Shown: piece after piece, positions 1-13,276 of the stretch
How positions within the stretch are numbered: position 1 is the stretch's first letter
How the letters are laid out: each line of letters starts with the position of its first letter
From: Eledone cirrhosa
Lineage: Eukaryota
NCBI GenBank assembly: GCA_964016885.1
Contig: OZ024743.1
Coordinates: forward strand, 238,700,001-238,764,000
DNA length: 64,000 nucleotides
Direction: 5' to 3'
Position numbers and translations under genes: made by a program
Notes under the pieces: model-generated
What the model was told of the DNA's origin: nothing
The model's input: the letters and a program-made list of their open reading frames with translations, nothing else
Databases searched by the model: none

Positions 1-74
1 AAACACCTAAAGATGCATGTGTGTGTACGTATGTTCTTTCTTGAACATGGCTGACCTTGTTGTCTCTTGAGGTC

Positions 75-1288
75 ACTGGTTGTACCTGGTGATAACTCGT
101 ATGAACATAAAGCAAGGTAAATGCAACTTTAATAATAATAAAAATAATAAAAGCATGAGAGAAGTAAGAAGCTTCATTCTATCTTGAAGGAGGGCAAAAA
201 ATATGCTACTGATCTCATGCCTGATACCCAGGCTGGACATACTAAAGAAACTGTTGCAACTGATGCTGCTAGGCACATAAAATCACTGGCAAAAGCAAAT
301 GGGCAAGGACAATTAGCATCAAATTGGGAGCAGAAACCTCTGCATGGCAAATATGTGGCCCGTAGCATACAAGCTGATGTTGACCAAAAGCACAGCCATC
401 AGTGACTACATAGTTCAGGGCTAAAGGCGGAGAGTGAAGGCTTCATCTTAGCTGCCCAAGATCAAAGCTTATTGACTCGTAATTACCAGGCCAATGTGAT
501 GAGAAACGGAATAAACCCAAAGTGCCGATTCTTAAATGCTGAGGTTGAAACAGTGGATCACTTAGTCTCTGGATGTAAAGTTTTAGCACCAGTAGAATAC
601 AAATATAGACATGACAAAGTTGGCACACTGGGTAATATGTCGGCATTACAAAATCAAAGCTGAAGACAAGTGGTACAATCATCACCCTGAGGCTGTAACT
701 GAAGGAGAAAAAGTAACAATTCTCTGGGACTTTCCTGTACATACTGACAGGACCATAAAAGCAAATAGACCTGACATCATTGTAAAAGATCAACATAACA
801 AGGTCTGTTTAGTGATAGATATGAGCATCCCATGTGATCACAATATCGCGGCAAAAGAATTTGACAAGCTACGAAAATATAAAGATCTGCTTATTGAAAC
901 TGAGAAAATGTAGCACCTCAAGGCCGTTACAATACCAGTGATTGTGGTAGGACTGGGAATGATCAAGAAAGGAACAGAACAATATTAGCGAATGATTCCT
1001 GTTTATTCTCTCTGCACGAGGTGCAAAAAATTGTTTTTACTGGTACTGCACACGTATTGAGAAGAGCACTATCTCTGTAAGATTGATATCCCTCCTTGTA
1101 TTTACATATGCATATGCACATGTGTATATATGTATACTGTTTTTTTAAAAATTATAATCAATGTTCTGTATTAACTGGCTTACCAATGCACACTGTGAAT
1201 TTATTTGCCCTAGGTGTCAGGAAGACACTCAGCATATATCTCAGAAACAATAATGAAAGAAAATAAAAATGATGATAATAATAATAAG
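75..1288 (+). mobile_element. R4/Dong-clade non-LTR retrotransposon, degenerate 3' part (zinc knuckle + restriction-like endonuclease) with (TAA)n tail
   Basis: Broken frames give HGKY, LKAESEGFILAAQDQSLLTRNY, KCRF..ETVDHLVSGC, YRHDKV, ILWDFPVHTDRTIKANRPDIIV, IDMSIP and KYKDL. Stop at about 1080; 3' UTR ends in GATAATAATAATAA (about 1274-1287). Confidence 0.85.
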
Positions 1289-1821
1289 TTAGAGGATACG
1301 TTCGGAAGAGCGGAAAAAACAAGAAATCAATAGATCGATGAGTATAGGTGCATATATATATAACAATAAATGTTATATGGCTTATAGATTATAAAGTGGA
1401 TATTATTCCAATAGAAAAGTATTTAGAGCAACATTAATTGTACTAAAACAATTAGTGGAACATAAAAACAATAGATTCTAATAGTTAGAGAAATATGAAT
1501 GTTTTGATGTATTATCCTTTATGGAATCATCTGTTAGGCCAAAACCTTCTTTGTTAATCTCCAAACATGAGAGGTATATGTTTTAAATTGAGATCACACA
1601 ACTTATGGGCTAATCTATACTGGAATGAGTTTCATCATATTGATAAAGATCTAGAGCCAATCATCTGTGGAACATATGTAAAATTCGATATACAATAAAG
1701 AACATTTTAAAGGGAAACCTTGTTATCTCATGCATACATAACATGTACACTCTGTTATAGTATCGAGTGCTCATATTGGTACAATCTCCAGTAATCAACA
1801 AAATTACTGAACAAGCTTCAT

Positions 1822-2040
1822 TGTATGTATGTATGTATGTATGTATGTATGTATGTATGTATGTATGTATGTATGTATGTATGCATGTATGTATGCATGT
1901 ATGTATGTGTGTATGCATGTATATATGTATGTATGTATGTATGTATGCGTATGCATGCATGGATGTAGTATTTATGTATGGTTGTATGTATGAATGTTTG
2001 TATGTATGCATGCATGCATGTATGTATGAATGTATGTATG
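1822..2040. repeat. (ATGT)n microsatellite
   Basis: Direct reading; source of the MYVC/HTYI ORFs. Confidence 0.95.
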
Positions 2041-2049
2041 TAATTTGTA

Positions 2050-2242
2050 ACTTGCTACAAAAGCCTTACAATGGGAGCCCACTAATGTGAAACAGAAACG
2101 CGGAAAACCTCTCAAGACATTAAAGATAGTCATTGAGGAAGATACAAAACTATCCGATGGAGAACTGAGGCATGTAATACTTGATCGTGAGAGATGGAAA
2201 GGATTATCATGTACCACAAAGAAGTGGATGAATTTAGTAGTG

Positions 2243-2287
<45 letters not shown>

Positions 2288-2288
2288 A
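2050..2288 (+). mobile_element. RTE-clade LINE 3' end with (TAG)n tail
   Basis: KQKRGKPLKTLKIVIEED...DRERWKGL resembles the RTE C-terminus (RGRP..W...D / DR..WR); it runs directly into (GTA)n. Confidence 0.6.
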
Positions 2289-2542
2289 GTATATATATCT
2301 ATAGTGTCTGCAGGTCTGTTTACATGCCAATACAAGAGCAAGAATGATGGGGTCATTCTATTGCCATGACTTAAAAAGAGGCTGTTTGCATAATTGCAAA
2401 CGAATCGAATATTATTAAAATAAAGTACCAGTAATACACTGGAATAATTACTGGCCTTGTGCCAAAAGTAGAACAATTATTATTAATATTCTAAGAACTC
2501 AGATTACATGTTATGCCATGTAGAGCGATAAACTATTTGTTT

Positions 2543-2576
<34 letters not shown>

Positions 2577-2578
2577 AT

Positions 2579-2815
2579 ATAATGATATTATAATGAAATA
2601 GTATGGTTGAATATTAAATGTTAAATGTTAATTGAACAAGTACTTTCAAACTTGACTGTCACCATTGAATATGAACCTGAAGATTGCGAAAGCATGGAAG
2701 TACTTGTTCAATTAACATTTAACATTTAATATTCTACCATACTATTTCATTATAATATCATTATAATTTTAAAGGATTGTAAATAAAACGAGTAAATCAG
2801 ACAAAGTTGGAATTC

Positions 2816-2879
<64 letters not shown>

Positions 2880-3153
2880 GAATTCCAACCTTGTCTGATT
2901 TACTCGTTTTATTTACAATCCTTTAAAATTATAATGATATTATAATGAAATAGTATGGTAGAATATTAAATGTTAAATGTTAATTGAACAATACTTCAGG
3001 TTCATATTCAGTGGTGACAGTCAAGTTTGAAAATACTTGTTCAATTAACATTTAACATTTAATATTCAACCACACTATTTCATTATAATATCATTATAAT
3101 TTTAAAGGATTGTAAATAAAACGAAAAAATCAGACAAAGTTGGAATTCCTTTT
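2579..3153. repeat. Nested palindrome of a PLE-like terminal segment around a (TA)n tract
   Basis: 2579-2648 is inverted versus 2696-2765, and 2875-2995 is inverted versus about 3032-3153. The two halves are also inverted relative to each other across (TA)n 2821-2874. Confidence 0.9.
2672..2710 (+). ncRNA. Degenerate minimal type I hammerhead ribozyme
   Basis: tgaac-CTGAAGA-ttgcgaaagcat-GGAA-gtac-TT-gttca; the GAAA box is mutated. Confidence 0.55.
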
Positions 3154-3185
3154 ATTAATATAATCTTCTATACACAATCATACAC

Positions 3186-3310
<125 letters not shown>

Positions 3311-3589
3311 ATCATTCATTTTGTTTGACCTGTTTAGCTTGATTTATTTTTGGCTTAGGTGGTTAATGCCTTCTTGACCACTTTTCAATTTGTAAGGCGT
3401 TTTAACATATAGTTTAGCTCTAGTTTTCTTAACAATTGGAGCGCTTGCCAGCATTTCTACGATTTTGCGTTTCGTTTCGGTTTTTCTACCAGCCGAAATA
3501 CGATTCTCGCTGAATATATATTTATATATATATATAAATATATATATTATATTTATATTTATATTTATATAAATATATATATATATATA

Positions 3590-4160
3590 AGGTAAGTTAT
3601 TCCGGGTTTAATCGGAGGTAACCACAGTGAGTAAGGTACTCAATACATAGCAAAGTATATAAGTATTAATATAGATGAGATTCTACAGGACTAGAACTGT
3701 TTCATTCATTAGAAATCATCAGGAATCTGGCTGTCCAAAATAAATGTTGTGGTATTTATATCTTTTCAGGTGTTAGGAGAGGGTGGGGGTGGGATGGATG
3801 GAGGTCATTGGTTGAAAGAAAAGGGAATTCATTAAAAGCTAATTCTTTAAGGCTATAATTTATATTTAGGGTGATAAAGGCAGAAAGAATTCTATAAACA
3901 AGTTCAGATTAGAGTGCCACTCTTTATTTTTAAGTTTCTCTTAATCTAACAATGCCTATATTTCAGGTGTCTATAAGATGGTTGGTGGTCGGTCATGGTT
4001 GATGGATTTAAAGAAAACGGAAATTCTTTAAAAGCTAATTCTTTAAAGCTCTATTTAGAGTGACAAAGGCCAAGAGAATTCTATAAACCAGTTCAAAATA
4101 TTGGGTGCCTATCATTATTGTCATGTTTCACTTAAGCTATATATCAGGTGTCAACAGACA
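3590..4160 (-). mobile_element. PLE-derived terminal remnant with about 190-bp internal tandem duplication
   Basis: Lies between (TA)n tracts and carries an intact HHR. About 3815-3917 is repeated at about 4010-4109, with tcaggtgt recurring near 3765, 3963 and 4144. Confidence 0.55.
3678..3728 (-). ncRNA. Type I hammerhead ribozyme, intact core
   Basis: Minus strand: agattc-CTGATGA-tttctaatgaat-GAAA-cag-ttctagtc-ctg-TA-gaatct (stem I 6 bp, stem III paired, GUA site). Confidence 0.85.
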
Positions 4161-4178
4161 CAGTCACATACACACACA

Positions 4179-4249
<71 letters not shown>

Positions 4250-4468
4250 TAGACATATACAAATATATAAAAACACATCTACACATATATACACATATAC
4301 ATAAATACATAAATACACATACTCAAATATATATATACATATATACACAAATATATATATATATATACACATATATATACAGATACATATACATACACAC
4401 ACACATACATACATGTAAACATATATTTATATATATATATATACATATATACACATACATACATGTAT

Positions 4469-4552
<84 letters not shown>

Positions 4553-4701
4553 ATACTTTGGGAGGGTCATGTTGCCAATAAGAAACACACGCACCAGTTG
4601 CTTTCACTTCAATTTATTATAATAAATTTATAATAAATTTATAAATTTATAAATTTCTGGTTGGTTGGTTGGTTCCACAACCAGATAGTTGTTTATATAT
4701 T

Positions 4702-4744
4702 GTCATAGTTCTTTCGTCACACATTCTGTGACCTCTTCAGTGAC
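4702..4744 (-). ncRNA. Minimal type I hammerhead ribozyme in the inverted pLTR
   Basis: Minus strand: gtca-CTGAAGA-g-gtcaca-gaatg-tgtgac-GAAA-gaac-TA-tgac. Confidence 0.8.
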
Positions 4745-4789
4745 TGGGGATTCGTTTCTTTGTTTCTGGAACTCTACTTTTCATAATCC

Positions 4790-7083
4790 CTCCGATAAAT
4801 CGTTTGACCTGCGACGAGTCCACGCCACGACTTTACCATTTAACAAACGCACGCAATTGCCGTCGCACGTCGATGAACAAACATAAGCACAAATTAGTAT
4901 AGCTAGATCCGAACTTAGAAATATTATAGAACAGTATAGCAAGAAGCATAATAGAATGGAGGCCCAGCAACTGGGAGAAAAATCTGCAAATGGCTTGCGT
5001 AAGCTCATGCAGCGCTCGCGTAATGGAGAGATAGCATGCTTTCCAACAGACAAGTCTGGCAGAATGTCGGTTGACAGCCTGCCAAACTACATTGCAGGCA
5101 ATGCAACCCCACATCACTAACACAAGAGAGGTAACACCACAGGAGCATGAGGATAGAGAAAAAGCCCTCAATGCCCATATGGTGATGTGGACGAATATAA
5201 TGCAGCCCAACAAAAGGACTGCCAACAGCTTCCAGGCCTGGAACAATGACGTGCCGGCGTTGTATGGGCTTCGAAAAGACCATAAAACGGGCAGTGACCC
5301 TGTCGCGGGACCACCAACACGGCCAGTCTGTGGAGCTAACATTGCTAGTAACTACAGACTGTCCTACCTCCTCTCCCTGATCATACGCCCCATCATTGAA
5401 ATGTCCCCAGATGTATGTGACAGCACGGAGGACCTCCTCAGCAGAATCGGCGAGAGTAACCGGTCTAGGGACCTAACAAACTGCATAATAGGTAGTATGG
5501 ATGTTGTGTCCCTGTATCCATCTATTGACGTGGATTTTGCTGTGGAGAAATGCGTAGAAATGATCACTGAGAGCAATGTTGAGTTCCGTGGGATTGATAC
5601 CAGTGAGCTGGGACTCCTACTTAAACTTACCTATAGTAATAATTACCTAGACACATATGACCTTAGCAACCTGTGCCCTACAAGACCAGCAAGAGGCAGA
5701 CCACCTACCATTACCTCAATGGCCAAGAAAACCCACACAGATAGATGGAACGGGTGGACCAGAGCAATACGGACACCCGAAAACCACGATGAACTGAAGA
5801 AAATGATTGCACATGCGGTAGGGGCCAGCATAAAACTAACCCTTAAGGAACATATGTTCAAATTTAATGGAAAAACATATGCCCAAGAGGAAGGAGCAGC
5901 CATTGGTGTTAGCATTGCAGGCGACATAGCTAACTTATTCATGGAATGGTGAGACAGTAGACTTAAACTTAAACTTAAAGAACAATTAGAAGACCCCTTA
6001 ACCCTGATAATGTACTCCCGCTACGTTGATGATATAAACATCGTAGTTAAGACACCCCCACTAGAGAACAGTCAGGAACTAGAGAAAACCACAATGGAAA
6101 GCATCCAGCAAATAGCTAACTCCATCCACCAGAGCATTAGAGTTACTATAGACTACCCAAGTAAACACCCCAACCATCGATTACCTGTACTAGACACAGG
6201 GCTCTGGTTAGATACCATTAATAACAAAAAACAAATCCTCCATTCCCATTATGCCAAACCCATGACTTCCAAACATCTGATTCACCGAAACTCGGCCGTT
6301 TCGGACCATACCCAAATCAACATACTGATTGCGGATTTGGTACGGGTGATGACAAACGTGTCCCGCATGTGCAACCCCGAAGAACTAGAGAGACACATAC
6401 AACACTTCATCCACCGTATGCAGTTGTCTGGCTACAATCAGAGAGATAAAATCAGAGTGTATAGAGGAGCCAGAACCAAATGGGAAAAAATGGTAAATAA
6501 TGACATAAATGGGACCTGCCCCTTGTATAGGAGCAGATTTTGGAATAGAATAAACTCATGGTATGATAGCAATAAATACCAGAGTGTAATGTTCATCGAT
6601 ACAACCCCTAGAGGTGAATTAGCTTACAAATTTAGAAGGGCCCTAGATAAACATAAACTCAATATTAAGATAGTAGAAAGATCAGGTACCTCCGTAAAAA
6701 CACTTATTAGCAAGACATACCCTTTTCAAAGACCCTCATGTATAGATAAGAAATGTATAACCTGTAAAATAAGCCCCCATATTAACTGTAAAACTAGAAA
6801 TGTAGTGTATAGCATAAGATGTACTGAAGGACAATGTAGAGACAAAAATATAGTGTACATAGGTGAGACAGCTCGTAGTGTAGGGGAACGGATAAATGAA
6901 CACTGGCGAGACCTTCAAGATAGTAAAGAATCATCTGTACTCTACCAACATGCTAAGATAGAACACAAGGGTAAATTAGAGAACATAGAAATAAAAATAG
7001 AATCTACACACAGAAAAGACGCAATGTTTAGACAAATTACAGAGGCAATAAACATAAAAGAATTACAACCAAAAATTAAATAG
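4790..7083 (+). pseudogene. PLE reverse transcriptase-GIY-YIG endonuclease ORF, disrupted
   Basis: Motifs LYGLRKDHK, PTRPVC, GSMDVVSLYPSI, GAAIGVSIAGDIANLFM, YSRYVDDI, LPVLD, a Cys-rich linker, VYSIRC..VYIGETARSVGERINEH and RQITEAINI. ORFs 5071-5952 and 6010-7083 are in frame across one TGA; upstream stop and frameshifts. Confidence 0.9.
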
Positions 7084-7324
7084 AAAATATGAGTGGAACA
7101 GCAACATCACAACTTACAATTAAGGACAAAATGAAAACACACACACACATAGAACAAATAACCAACCAGTAACATGTAAATAAACAAATAAATAAATGAA
7201 CATAAACACACACAGACACCCGGATGTGGCGCATGCGCAGACTGAGCGCACAGCACACACACAGAAACAAAATTGCGTAGGACAGAACAAAGGAGAGGCA
7301 CAGAAACAAAGAAAGGAATCCCCA

Positions 7325-7367
7325 GTCAATGAAGAGATCACAGAGTGTGTGACGAAAGAACTATGAC
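7325..7367 (+). ncRNA. Hammerhead ribozyme in the 3' pLTR, core-mutated (C3A)
   Basis: gtca-ATGAAGA-gatcacagagtgtgtgac-GAAA-gaac-TA-tgac. Confidence 0.65.
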
Positions 7368-7580
7368 AATATATAAACAACTATCTGGTTGTGGAACCAA
7401 CCAACCAACCAGAAATTTATAAATTTATAAATTTATTATAAATTTATTATAATAAATTGAAGTGAAAGCAACTGGTGCGTGTGTTTCTTATTGGCAACAT
7501 GACTCTCCCAAAGTATAACTATATCGGTTTCAACACACGATTTCAGATAAAGAATCTTGCTAAACAAATTCAGAAACGAA

Positions 7581-7613
<33 letters not shown>

Positions 7614-7676
7614 TATACATATACATACATACACATACACACACACATACATGTATCTATATATATATACACATGT

Positions 7677-7745
<69 letters not shown>

Positions 7746-7789
7746 CATATACACACACACACTCATATATATATATATATATGTATAAA

Positions 7790-7847
<58 letters not shown>

Positions 7848-7854
7848 TGCATAT

Positions 7855-7928
<74 letters not shown>

Positions 7929-8899
7929 ATATACATATATATTCATATAAATATACATATATATTCATATATATATTCATATTTATATAAAAAATAGGCG
8001 TTGAAAACGCACTTGAAGTCTTTGACTTTGAGTAAATTTGTTTAACCTATTTCACAATTTCATGATTTTCAAAAAAGAGTGAGATGGTGAGACGTGGAGG
8101 TATTTCAGTGTAATTATATTTTCTTTGTTAATTCTAAAGATCTCCTTTTCTATAGAAACAAAATATTGTTTGGGGAGTAATTCTATTTTCCACATGTTAA
8201 TACAATTAATTTTAAATTCGGAAGAATCTGTTTGTCGTACAGATTAATTATCAACATTTCCTTTTTCATATCTTAATCTCTCACAAATTAACGTCTGGCT
8301 GGCCGCCATCTTTCAATTATCTTACTTAATCTAGAAAATATATCTTTATTGTCAATTTGTTTAGTGAAGTTATTCTTATTGTTTGGTCTGCAAAGACGTA
8401 TTTGAAGATCTCTCCGTAAGTTTCGTCAATTTTCAAGTGTTTACATTGTATTCATTCTTATATTTTTGCTAAAATCTATTTATAAGACAGTACCCATTGC
8501 CCTCTGTTAAGGCAACCCCATAATATTTGGGCCTTGGGCCCAAATTTTTGAACTTTATTTTCTTAAAAAATATTTTTCTAAAAATTAAAAAGATGGACAC
8601 AGTACACCACAACGTTCAGCCAGCTGTTACATGACAGCGGCTCGAACGTTGAGATGAATAATACCACCCCTCCTACAAAAATTATGAACACCAATACCGC
8701 ATTTGGCAGTATCGTCAATACCAGCACAAACAACAACAATAAGAACAAAGTGAGATCACTAATATGAACAAAAATAACAACAGCAACAACGACAACACCA
8801 ACAACATAAATAACGACAATACTATCAGCAACAATGAAACCAGCAATTTAACAGCACCAGAAAGAACGACAACATCAACAGCAGCAACAACAGGAATAC

Positions 8900-9760
8900 T
8901 TTCGCAAGATTCAAACGCTATACAATTTCAACTGAAAAAAATGAAAGTTTGGCCCAGGCGGACAAAAATATAACTAGAGAAGAAAGCTGAGCCAAGCGTC
9001 TCAGCAGAGGTGTCAGCAAAGGAGAGAAGAACGTTGTAATATCGATGTATTTCAGTGAAATATCGAAAAACCGATAGAAAATCTGAAGGAAAGGTTGAGG
9101 CGGCACTGAAATGCATCAACAATAATGACATAGAGCATATAGCATACCATATAGCATAAGACCAAAGATACTAGAAGCATCTTGGTGATCTTCAAAACGC
9201 AAGCCCTTGCTATCAAGCATTATGTGGTCATTGGCAGTATTGGTAGAGGGTCGGACGCCATGCTTTCCAGCATAGTTACGTCCCTTTATGATCTGAGTTC
9301 AAATCCCGCCGAGGTTGACTTTGCCTTTCATCCTTACGGGGTCGATAAAACAAAGTACCAGTAATGCACTGGGTAATTGCTGGCCTTGTGCCTAAAGTAG
9401 AAACAATTATGTGGTCCCTTGCAAAACTGACCAAATAATCATGTATCCGTCCTACGTGGGGAGCATGACAGTAGGGGTCCGTGTCCCCAGGATTTCACCA
9501 GGACTGGGCTTATGGTGGCTCATGACATGCATGGTGGCCCCGAAACCCTCGTTGACATCAAACTTACAAACCACCGTTGCTGCCAAGAATGGTGCCGGGT
9601 CAAAAGATAAGACCAGCACCAGCAGCAGCAGCAACAGTAGAGGAAACCAGCAACAACAACACCGACAAGGACCCTTTAAACCACCCAGGGTGTCGCCCAA
9701 ACAAGCTCTCCCTCTCATTCAAACGCACATACAGACAGACTAAACACACTCCCACTCCCC
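8900..9760 (+). pseudogene. Possible degenerate LINE ORF1-like coding remnant interrupted by a SINE
   Basis: Removing the SINE and one TSD copy joins ...FKTQALAIKHY to VVPCKTDQIIMYPSYVGSMTVGVRVPRI in frame. The family assignment is a guess. Confidence 0.3.
9230..9410 (+). mobile_element. tRNA-derived SINE with 11-bp target site duplication
   Basis: A-box-like TGGCAGTATTGG, B-box GAGTTCAAATCC, and body ctttcatccttacggggtcgataaaa...ccttgtgcctaaagtagaaacaatt. TSD ATTATGTGGTC at 9219-9229 and 9406-9416. Confidence 0.9.
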
Positions 9761-10434
9761 TCTAACACAGAGTCCCCAGACACCAGTTCCTCCTCATCCC
9801 AAGTGAAGATGAGCCCCCCCCCCCCTAAAAAAAAAAAAACACAAAAAGAAAAAAGTCATCTTCACACAAACCAACAAGCACACAAAAAAAAAAACACGCA
9901 GACACCAACGACGACAGACACCCAAATTCGTGTTACTAAGAAGCCCCCCCCCCTAAAAATCTTATGACCCTTGAAACACGAAGTCAAGACATTGAGAAAG
10001 AGGGAGAGATATTTGGTACCTACACCTTCAATGTGTCCCAAACACTACTGACAGTGGGGAACTTACCTTACGAGCTCCTAAATTATTGAAAAATTGCCTA
10101 ATTACTCTCAGTCCAAAATATTAAAAAGAAAAACAATACCATGAAACAGCTCATTGTAATAATGCAATAATGGTACAAAAGTATAACATTTAAATAAAGT
10201 TACTACACGGTCTCGGCAATCTTCCTTGATCAGAATATAAACAGGGAGAGAAGAGGGATGTTTTCGTAAGAAAAGACAGGAAAACAAATAGGAGAAACAT
10301 AAAGAAAAAAATGTTGAAGGCAGTAGAAGGAAACTGAAAACATTTTCAGATTTTGAAGAGTTTCAAAAGGAAAGATAACTGTGATGAAGTGGTCCTGAAA
10401 ATATGCATGTGTATGAGTGTAAGCGCGTACGTGT

Positions 10435-10473
<39 letters not shown>

Positions 10474-10728
10474 TGTGTGAGTGTGTGTGTGTGTGCGCGC
10501 ACACGTATATGCGTGGCTGCCTGCAAGTGATGGTCATTTGTGTGAAGTAATTATGCGTGCATGGATACGTGACGTTAACTGTGAAACGTCATATGTATGT
10601 GTATGGATGCATGCACACACATGTTGGCACACAGGCACACAAACACACAGACACACATTGGCACACAGGCACACACACAAACACACATCCACACATGCTC
10701 ACACATGCGTGGATATGTATATATATAT

Positions 10729-10948
10729 AATGCTTTCTATTGTAGTCACAAAGCCAGTAATTTGGGAAGAAAGGAAAGTGGATTAAATCGACCCTAATGC
10801 ATGACTGGTACTTTATTTTATCGACCCGGTAAGGATGAAAGTCAAAGTAAACTTCGGCGGGATTTGAAGTCAGATCGTAAAAGGGCCGTAACTCTATGCT
10901 GCAAAGTATGGTGTCCGGCGCTCTACCGATACTACTAATCCACTGCCC
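10729..10948 (-). mobile_element. tRNA-derived SINE (long subtype)
   Basis: Reverse complement of the same SINE consensus. Confidence 0.85.
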
Positions 10949-10983
10949 TTATGTAAGTATAATATATATATATATATATATAT

Positions 10984-11654
<671 letters not shown>

Positions 11655-11675
11655 TACATACACGCACACATAAAA

Positions 11676-12004
11676 GCGGTGGATTAATAGTATCGGAAGA
11701 GCATCGGATACCATACTTTGCAGCATAGAGTTAGGGCCCTTTTACGATCTGACTTCAAATCCCGCCGAGGTTTGCTTTGCCTTTCATCCTTACCGGGTCG
11801 ATAAAATAAAGCACCAGTAATGCACTGGGGTCGATTTAATCCACTTTCCCCTCTTCCCAAATTACTGGCATCGTGTCTACAATAGAAAGCATTATATTTC
11901 AAATCCCGCCGAGGTTGACCTTGCCTTTCATCCTTACGGCGTCGATAAAATAAAGTACCAGTAATGCACTGAGTAATTGCTGACCTTGTGCCTAAAGTAG
12001 AAAC

Positions 12005-12008
<4 letters not shown>
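11676..12008 (+). mobile_element. SINE (long subtype, 11676-11895) followed by a 5'-truncated SINE (11897-12008)
   Basis: Two head-to-tail matches to the SINE consensus. Confidence 0.85.
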
Positions 12009-12049
<41 letters not shown>

Positions 12050-12261
12050 TCATTTAATATATCAACTAGCATAAGCGCACAGATGCACGTCCATGCCAGC
12101 AAATACATATATATATATATATATATGTAATCTGCCTCTATCTTTACTTCGGCCCTTGAAAAAATTGATTCCACTTCATTCACTCTCATCTCGGGAACAG
12201 TTTTGGATAGCGCTAGTTCATAATTTAAATTCAAGAATTTTATATTCTTCGAATGAAAAGA

Positions 12262-12344
12262 ACCTTCTGACGAGAATCTTTCTTTGCAACGAAGGCCGTA
12301 TGGCCTCCGTTTATTTTTGGGATTCGAAACCGATCGGTAAAGGT
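12262..12344 (+). ncRNA. Type I hammerhead ribozyme, intact core, extended stem II
   Basis: acctt-CTGACGA-gaatc...(acgaaggcc gtat ggcctccgt)...gattc-GAAA-ccgatcgg-TA-aaggt; stem III is palindromic. Confidence 0.9.
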
Positions 12345-12745
12345 AACTATAGTAGGTAAAGTCAATTTTTAAAAATTTATTTTGAAACTTTTTCATTATT
12401 TGCTAAACCTTGTTAATATATGTTCTGGCTCGTTAATTTATTAACCTGCCATTGAACCACATTGGCATTTGGTTGGACAATACATGCGTCCCTTAGCGCC
12501 TTGTGCGTGAAGGAACACATATCCTATTATTACTATTCTCCTCTATTGTTGAGAAGCAAATTTGGTCGTTCCGACTGCTGCTAGTGATAGTTGCGGCCGG
12601 TTGACCTACCTCCCTCTGCCTCTATCTTTACTTTGGCCCTTGAAAAAATTGATTCCACTTCATTCACTCTCATCTCGGGAACAGTTTTGGATAGCGCTAG
12701 TTCGTAATTTAAATTCAAGAATTTTATATTCTTCGAATGAAAAGA

Positions 12746-12828
12746 ACCTTCTGACGAGAATCTTTCTTTGCAACGAAGGCCGTATGGCCTCCGTTTATTT
12801 TGGGGATTCGAAACCGATCGGTAAAGGT
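12746..12828 (+). ncRNA. Type I hammerhead ribozyme, second copy
   Basis: Same fold as 12262-12344 with an intact core. Confidence 0.9.
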
Positions 12829-13048
12829 AACTATAGTAGGTAAAGTCAATTTTTTAAAATTTATTTTGAAACTTTTTCATTATTTGCTAAACCTTGTTTA
12901 TATATATATAATTGTTTCTACTTTAGGCACAAGGCCAGCAATTACCCAGTGCATTACTGGTACTTTATTTTATCGACCCCGTATATTATATAATATTTAT
13001 ATATATATATATATATATAGTTATGTAATAAACAACATAAGGCAATTA

Positions 13049-13108
13049 TTCCATTTACCAGTGGTTTCTTAAAAGCAAAAAATTTTGCTTTCAATCATCA
13101 GAATGAAA
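13049..13108 (-). ncRNA. Type I hammerhead ribozyme in the 3' pLTR
   Basis: Minus strand: ttcatt-CTGATGA-ttgaaagcaaaattttttgcttttaa-GAAA-ccactgg-TA-aatgga. Confidence 0.85.
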
Positions 13109-13276
13109 AAATCCTGGTGTATTTATTGATATTGGATTCTAAAAACAAAAATGCAGTCTATATGAAAGTGAGGCTGGAGAAGGAAGAAGGAAATGAAAAA
13201 TAAAATAAAAACACACATGCAAACACACACACACACAATTATATACATACACACATATATATATATATATATATAC

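Larger units (their letters stand above)
4550..7580 (+). mobile_element. Penelope-like element (RT + GIY-YIG), 5'-truncated, with an inverted pseudo-LTR at its 5' end, inserted in (TA)n
   Basis: 4550-4768 is the reverse complement of 7301-7519. The coding region lies between them, with (TA)n on both flanks. Confidence 0.92.
12131..12898 (+). mobile_element. Non-coding retrozyme-like / mini-PLE unit: two 284-bp direct repeats, each with an HHR, flanking a 200-bp spacer, in (TA)n
   Basis: 12131-12414 and 12615-12898 are near-identical (offset 484). No recognisable ORF; (TA)n on both sides. Confidence 0.85.

Noticed and set aside
5950-5952. In-frame TGA in the PLE ORF as selenocysteine or read-through
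   Set aside because: It falls in FMEW*D, where Trp (TGG) is expected rather than Cys. The element has other lesions and I saw no SECIS.
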